DNA of 20,000 nucleotides from an uncultured virus (IMG/VR IMGVR_UViG_3300029705_000112) (taxonomy: Duplodnaviria; Heunggongvirae; Uroviricota; Caudoviricetes): IMG/VR virus record IMGVR_UViG_3300029705_000112. The stretch is one strand, 5' to 3'. The position numbers were made by a program, and so were the translations under genes. Below the pieces are notes generated by a model. The model saw nothing but the letters and a program-made list of their open reading frames with translations, had not been told where the DNA came from and did no database searches. This document shows, one piece after another, positions 15,194 through 20,000 of this stretch. The number at the start of each line of letters is the position of its first letter. The stretch's first letter is position 1.

Positions 15194-16063
15194 ATGGCAG
15201 TAGCAAACACTATTTCCAATTTCCAGCAGACTATTTGGAGTAAGTCCATTCTGCGCTCCCTTGAGAAGATCACTTCTCTGCGCAATCACTGCAACTTCCA
15301 GTACGAGAAGGAAGCAGAAAACGCAAAAGAGGTTAAGATCCTCTCTGTAAACCGCCCCACCATCCGCACCTACGTGCCCGGTACTGCTCTTGTAAGAGAG
15401 AGCGCAGCAGACAGCTCCCAGCTGCTCCAGCTGAATCAGTACAGATACTTCAACTTTGAGGTTGAGGATATCGTAAAGGCACAGAGTGTTCCGGGCTTGA
15501 TGGAAGCCCTGACCGATGAAGCAGGCAAGGGTCTTGCTCTTGAGGGTGACAAGTACGTTGCATCCGTGGTAAAGGCAGACGTTGAAGCAACCACTCCCAC
15601 CGTGTCGGTTTCTCCTTCTGTGATCACGCTGACCGCTACCAACGCAATGGCATCCGTTGAGGACGGCTTTGCCACTCTGTACGCAAACGACTGCAAGGTG
15701 TCCGACACCTTCTACCTTGAGGTAGCACCCAAGGTATTCACCACCTACCGCCAGCAGCTCACCGAGCTGTCTACCAACAACCCCGAAATTCTCAAGAAGG
15801 GCGCGGTTGGTAAGATCAACAACGCATTCGTGTGCATCGAGAACTGCCTGCCTACCGGCAAGAAGGCTTCCGGCAGCACCGCAGATGATGTGTACTACAA
15901 CATTCTGCGTACCGACAAGGCGATTGCCTTTGCAGAGCAGATCGACAAGGTAGAGAAGTACCGCCCCGAGGACGCATTCACCGATGCTGTCAAGGGCCTG
16001 TACGTATTTGGCGCGAAGATCGTTCGCCCCAAGGAAATCTACGTCATGAAAACCGAAATGTAA
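15194..16063 (+). CDS. Major capsid protein (P22 coat gp5-like family)
   Basis: NFQQTIWSKSIL N-terminus, YFNFEVEDI, and IAFAEQIDKVEKYRPEDAFTDAVKGLYVFGAKIVRP C-terminus. Highly biased codon usage. Start is 15188 or 15194. Confidence 0.92.
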   Translation: MAVANTISNFQQTIWSKSILRSLEKITSLRNHCNFQYEKEAENAKEVKILSVNRPTIRTYVPGTALVRESAADSSQLLQLNQYRYFNFEVEDIVKAQSVPGLMEALTDEAGKGLALEGDKYVASVVKADVEATTPTVSVSPSVITLTATNAMASVEDGFATLYANDCKVSDTFYLEVAPKVFTTYRQQLTELSTNNPEILKKGAVGKINNAFVCIENCLPTGKKASGSTADDVYYNILRTDKAIAFAEQIDKVEKYRPEDAFTDAVKGLYVFGAKIVRPKEIYVMKTEM

Positions 16064-16076
16064 TTACAAAAAACAA

Positions 16077-16106
16077 GGGGCACGGCTGCAATGTGGGTCG
16101 TGCCCC
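16077..16106 (+). other. GC-rich hairpin after the capsid gene (weak terminator or stability element)
   Basis: GGGGCACGGC pairs with GTCGTGCCCC. No strong U-tract follows. Confidence 0.5.
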
Positions 16107-16129
16107 CACTTTACACAAAGGAGTAACCT

Positions 16130-16495
16130 ATGAGCAACGTGAACAATGAACTGTTTACAGTAAAGCCCAGCCTTAGTCAATACTACGGCAGAACGGTCAC
16201 AAAAGAAATGCGGTTTGATGAAATCACCGAGAACGGAGAAATTCATCAGACCTTGGAAAACTGCGTGCTGACCACCGAGATCAACCGAGAGTGGATGCAG
16301 GGCGATATCAAGAACGAGCTGCACAGCGTTCAAAAGGAAACGCTGCCCGAGGGCACGATCATCATTTGGAGCGAATTGCAGGGCTATATCGTTCCGAACG
16401 TGCCTATGTACAAGCTTAAGGACCTTGAAGAGGAAATCGCAGCAATCAAGGAGATTTACCGTGATAACACGGATATCAACCCTTGTGGGGAGTAA
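16130..16495 (+). CDS. Hypothetical virion-module protein
   Basis: AAAGGAG RBS, 121 aa, located directly after the capsid gene. Confidence 0.8.
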   Translation: MSNVNNELFTVKPSLSQYYGRTVTKEMRFDEITENGEIHQTLENCVLTTEINREWMQGDIKNELHSVQKETLPEGTIIIWSELQGYIVPNVPMYKLKDLEEEIAAIKEIYRDNTDINPCGE

Positions 16496-16500
16496 TAAAT

Positions 16501-16557
16501 AAGGGCATAAATCAGCCTACATAGATAGGACTACCGAGCGTATAGCTCAATGCCCTT
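16501..16557 (+). ncRNA. Candidate compact three-way-junction RNA
   Basis: AAGGGCAT/ATGCCCTT encloses CCTA/TAGG and GAGC/GCTC hairpins. Confidence 0.4.
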
Positions 16558-16561
16558 TTTT

Positions 16562-16592
16562 GGGGGGATGGTGCAAGCCTTCCCCTCTTTTT
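16562..16592 (+). terminator. Intrinsic terminator
   Basis: GGGGGGA-T-GG...CC-T-TCCCCTC stem followed by TTTTT. Confidence 0.65.
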
Positions 16593-16642
16593 GTGAATAT
16601 AGAACAAAACTTTCTGTATTGACGAAAGGAAGGTAAGAAAAT

Positions 16643-18634
16643 ATGTATCAAGTAAACGAAGATAACTCTATCTACGTAACAAGGGGCGATATTGTCCTTA
16701 TGTCTGTTTCCGCAGAGAAGGACGGCGTGCCCTATACGTTTATGCCGGGTGACCTTTTGCGCATCAAGGTCTACAAGAAAAAGAAAGCTACCGAGGTTGC
16801 ATTGGAGAAGGATTTCCCGGTGACCGAGGTAACGCAGAAAGTGCAGCTCTATCTGTCGGGAGAAGATACCAAGATCGGTGACGTGATCTCCAAGCCGGTT
16901 GACTATTGGTACGAGGTTGAGCTCAATCCCTTGAGTGATCCGCAGACCATTATTGGCTATGACGAGGACGGCGCAAAGGTGTTCAAGCTGTTCCCGGAAG
17001 GTGCAGACAAGGAAGTCGAGGAATACAAGCCGGGCGAGGAAGAATTGCTCTCGCGCTTTATGGATGACGAGCTTGACGTGACTTCAAAGCATCCTGTTGA
17101 AAATCAGGTGATTGCAAGAGCCTTTTTGCAGCTGGAAGCGAGCCACAAGGCAACGCATGAAGCGGTGGCCGCATCTCACGTCACTCCGCAGATGTACGGC
17201 GCGGTCGGTGACGGCGTTGCGGATGATACCGAGGCTTTGCAAAAAGCGTTTGCCGCTACAAAGTCGGGGCAGACGTTGCGCTTGCCTGACGGCGAATATT
17301 TGTTGAGCAAACAAATCGTGATCACCAACGATATGAGCGTTGTGTCTGTTTCGGGCGTGATCGTGGGGAGCAGCCTGCAAATTGACGGAACAGATGTGAC
17401 TTTGAGCGGTGTAACATTCCGCGACACCAAGGCAAACGCTATCGAGCTTATCAATGGCGCAACGCTGACCGCAGACAAGTGCCGGTTTGAAAACATCGGC
17501 ATCCGTGACGATTTGGACGAAACGAGTCAAGGGTGCGGCATTTATGCAGGCGGCGAATTTGAGATCAGGGTTTACAATTCCGTATTCGACAAGTGCCATG
17601 GACACGGAGCAATTTTCTGCGGCGGTGCAGGAAAGGTTGACGTAAAGGGCTGTTACTTCCGTGAGAATTATTATCGCGCAATCCAGCTTTACGGAGAGGG
17701 CGTTACAAGCGGTACGATTTTCGGAAACTACATTGAGGATTGCGGCAAGCATAATCAGACCGGTAGCGGAGTCGGGTGCAACGGCGTTTATTCTACAAAC
17801 GGATCGGGCGTTGTGCTTGAGGGCAACACGATCATGAACAGCAGAGAAAATGCTGTTGAGGGAGCTTTTTTGCGAGTTGTCGGGAACTATATCAACGGTA
17901 CAGGCGTTGAAATCGAAACAAAGCCCACTCCGTCCAACGAGGGCATCTTTGTTGTACCTTCTGTTCCTGCTTTCGTTGCTGATAACATCATTCTGAACGC
18001 AGGCGGCTACGGTATCAAGTCGTACAGCGATACTGCGATTACACAACCCATATACATCAAGGGTAACATCATTCGAGGCTCGGGCTCGGGAGCAATCGAC
18101 ATTAACTCGCCCGAATCTGTGAGCAACGTTTTCGTGATAGACAATACTGTGGACGGTGACGTAAATCTGAATAATGCCAATGATACGGACGTGTACGTTG
18201 GTGACATTTCCAAATTGAACGGCAAGCCTGACATTTCAAGAAACAAAGCAATTTTGGACTACTACCACTATTTCGATCAGGTATCTCCGTTCACAAGCAG
18301 CAACTGCACGCCCACGATCAGCACCGACAGCGACGGGGCGAGTTATGCCAACATTCCCTACCAAGAGTACGCAAAGCTGACGTATGCGTTGCCTTCTCTC
18401 AAAAGCGTGAAGCACCTGCTGTATATTGCGGTTTGCGGCAAGGGAAAATTCACCGTAAACATCACAAAAAATAATCAGTATTACAGAAACGTCCTTGCAA
18501 TCGAAGGTACGGAGTTTGTTGAAAAACATTATATTATGCCATTGACCGGGGCGATCTCGGATAAATTTAAGGTGACAATCGAATTGCAGGAAACGAGCGG
18601 CATCAAGACTATGGATGTTCGGCTGTATCGTTGA
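16643..18634 (+). CDS. Tailspike/depolymerase-like protein (N-terminal beta-sandwich, right-handed beta-helix, C-terminal beta domain)
   Basis: TPQMYGAVGDGVADDTEALQKA...LPDGEYLL is the pectate-lyase-3/GH28-type beta-helix start, followed by many Gly/Asn/Ile beta-helix rungs. The N-terminal IYVTRGD...YWYEVEL region resembles baseplate-attachment (BppU-like) domains. Confidence 0.85.
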   Translation: MYQVNEDNSIYVTRGDIVLMSVSAEKDGVPYTFMPGDLLRIKVYKKKKATEVALEKDFPVTEVTQKVQLYLSGEDTKIGDVISKPVDYWYEVELNPLSDPQTIIGYDEDGAKVFKLFPEGADKEVEEYKPGEEELLSRFMDDELDVTSKHPVENQVIARAFLQLEASHKATHEAVAASHVTPQMYGAVGDGVADDTEALQKAFAATKSGQTLRLPDGEYLLSKQIVITNDMSVVSVSGVIVGSSLQIDGTDVTLSGVTFRDTKANAIELINGATLTADKCRFENIGIRDDLDETSQGCGIYAGGEFEIRVYNSVFDKCHGHGAIFCGGAGKVDVKGCYFRENYYRAIQLYGEGVTSGTIFGNYIEDCGKHNQTGSGVGCNGVYSTNGSGVVLEGNTIMNSRENAVEGAFLRVVGNYINGTGVEIETKPTPSNEGIFVVPSVPAFVADNIILNAGGYGIKSYSDTAITQPIYIKGNIIRGSGSGAIDINSPESVSNVFVIDNTVDGDVNLNNANDTDVYVGDISKLNGKPDISRNKAILDYYHYFDQVSPFTSSNCTPTISTDSDGASYANIPYQEYAKLTYALPSLKSVKHLLYIAVCGKGKFTVNITKNNQYYRNVLAIEGTEFVEKHYIMPLTGAISDKFKVTIELQETSGIKTMDVRLYR

Positions 18635-18657
18635 TTGCTTTTGAAAGGAGATAACGC

Positions 18658-19500
18658 ATGAGTAACGTATTGAGGGGTACTGTAGTAAACCCCGATGTGA
18701 TCCGCGGCAAGAGTGCCTATGAGGTTGCCGTGGCGAACGGCTTTGACGGAACGGAAGAGGAATGGCTTGCTTCTTTGCAGGGTGAGCAGGGTATTCAAGG
18801 CATTCAAGGCGAGCAGGGAGAAAAGGGCGATCCCGGAGAGGACGGCAAGGACTACGACTACGGCAACATCCGCGACACCTTAGAAATCACGCTCAAGTCA
18901 ACCGATTGGGCAGACAACAAGCAGACCATTCCTGCCAATGCGATCTCAGAGAACAGCACCTTGGTAGCAAGCCCGACAACGGAAAGCACAGAAGCGTATA
19001 TCGCAAGCGGTATCATGCTGACAGAAGCAGAGGTCGGCAAGATGGTATTTGAATGCGTAGTACCCCCGACAGAGGATATTGCGGTGCTGGTGCATATCGT
19101 TGACCCTTTGATTACGACCAATCCCATCCTCTCCTTTGACAGCGTAGACGAAATGAACGCTTATGAAGCAGAGGACGGAGCGATTGCGATTGTGCCGAGT
19201 GAGGGGGAGAGTGGTGCGGCTAAAATGTATGTTCTCAAGGTTTCGGAAGTGCCCACCGCAGACAGTCCCGTAGTATTTGATAACGAAAATACCACAATTC
19301 TTAACGATGCCGTTGCAAATGAGACGGATATTTTGTTTTTGAAAATAGAAGGTATTTATGCCGCGCCCACGGTTTACACCTTTGTTCGTAGCGACTTGGA
19401 GGGTGTTACTATTTATTCATGTTTACCCGCAACTGGAACATTATGGGTTATTGCTCAAGAAGAAGGTGTATGGGCAATGCTCGCTATGGCAACAGAGTGA
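18658..19500 (+). CDS. Collagen-like fibre/structural protein
   Basis: GKSAYEVAVANGFDGTEEEWLASLQG motif followed by Gly-X-Y repeats (GEQGIQGIQGEQGEKGDPGEDGKD). AAAGGAG RBS. Confidence 0.85.
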   Translation: MSNVLRGTVVNPDVIRGKSAYEVAVANGFDGTEEEWLASLQGEQGIQGIQGEQGEKGDPGEDGKDYDYGNIRDTLEITLKSTDWADNKQTIPANAISENSTLVASPTTESTEAYIASGIMLTEAEVGKMVFECVVPPTEDIAVLVHIVDPLITTNPILSFDSVDEMNAYEAEDGAIAIVPSEGESGAAKMYVLKVSEVPTADSPVVFDNENTTILNDAVANETDILFLKIEGIYAAPTVYTFVRSDLEGVTIYSCLPATGTLWVIAQEEGVWAMLAMATE

Positions 19501-19512
19501 GGTGAAAAAAAC

Positions 19513-19986
19513 ATGACTAAATATCTATACAACGGCATAGAACTCCCTGCATTGCCCGAATACCCGACAGATTTAAACGGCAATACAATGTCGTATGTGG
19601 TAATTGAGGTAAAATCTGACGGCTCATATTGGGTAAGTTTTTCGGGACAACCCATTACATTTGACGGCACGGAATTTGTTGTAAATCTGCCGCGCGCTTG
19701 GGGGTACATTGAAAATGATGCTTGGGTGACAGACCTTGCGTTTGGTGGTTATTACACCTTTAATAATTGTGTTTGGTCAAACCACAACATTCTCAACGAG
19801 GACGGCACAATCTACCTTGTCGCAAGTGACCCCGTACCCGTTGGAGAAACGCCCGAAGCCTATTCATCCTATGTCCACAACGGCACATGGCGCAAAGGAA
19901 CATTCTACAAGCGAGTGAATAACGCATGGGTAAAGCATCAAGCCTACCGCAGACAGAATGGCGCGTGGGTGAAAGTAAAGGAGTGA
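19513..19986 (+). CDS. Hypothetical structural/fibre-associated protein
   Basis: GAGGTG RBS. C-terminal triple repeat (HNGTW, VNNAW, QNGAW) seen at the ends of phage fibre proteins. Confidence 0.75.
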   Translation: MTKYLYNGIELPALPEYPTDLNGNTMSYVVIEVKSDGSYWVSFSGQPITFDGTEFVVNLPRAWGYIENDAWVTDLAFGGYYTFNNCVWSNHNILNEDGTIYLVASDPVPVGETPEAYSSYVHNGTWRKGTFYKRVNNAWVKHQAYRRQNGAWVKVKE

Positions 19987-20000
19987 TAAAATGCCAATAA

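Noticed and set aside
16501..16557. Possible hammerhead ribozyme or tRNA
   Set aside because: Lacks the CUGANGA/GAAA core on either strand, and lacks the cloverleaf, T-loop and CCA end.
17084..18046. 320-aa minus-strand ORF opposite the tailspike
   Set aside because: Antisense shadow of a well-supported gene with no plausible protein features.
16643..19986. Diversity-generating retroelement target in fibre genes
   Set aside because: No reverse transcriptase and no template/variable repeat pair visible in this window.
1..20000. Stop-codon reassignment
   Set aside because: Conserved genes (terL, portal, capsid) read full-length in the standard bacterial code, and TAA, TGA and TAG are all used as stops.

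Overview
This window is a 20-kb segment of a tailed dsDNA phage or prophage, most likely infecting a Bacillota (Clostridia-like) host, judged from the strong AGGAG/GGAGG ribosome-binding sites, sigmaA-type promoters, replisome-organizer initiator and ArpU/RinA-like regulator. From left to right on the + strand it carries: a replication/accessory module (HNH-like Zn protein, SSB, ASCH protein, SPL-like radical SAM enzyme, DUF551 protein, many small ORFs, replication initiator, NUMOD1-like protein, ArpU/RinA-like late activator); then the packaging/head module (TerS, TerL, portal, scaffold, P22-coat-like major capsid); and then a beta-helix tailspike/depolymerase and collagen-like fibre proteins. 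The most striking element is a self-contained minus-strand operon (7184-9732) wedged between the late activator and the probable late promoter. It has a near-consensus promoter overlapped by a perfect palindromic operator, followed by a 55-aa orphan, a PcfK/AcrIIA9-like protein ending in a beta-clamp-binding motif, a PcfJ-domain protein, a ribbon-helix-helix protein and a small membrane protein. This resembles an autoregulated anti-defence operon. Three intergenic regions fold into candidate structured RNAs; one exposes an anti-Shine-Dalgarno sequence complementary to specific phage ribosome-binding sites. All family calls come from motif recognition by eye, with no database searches run.
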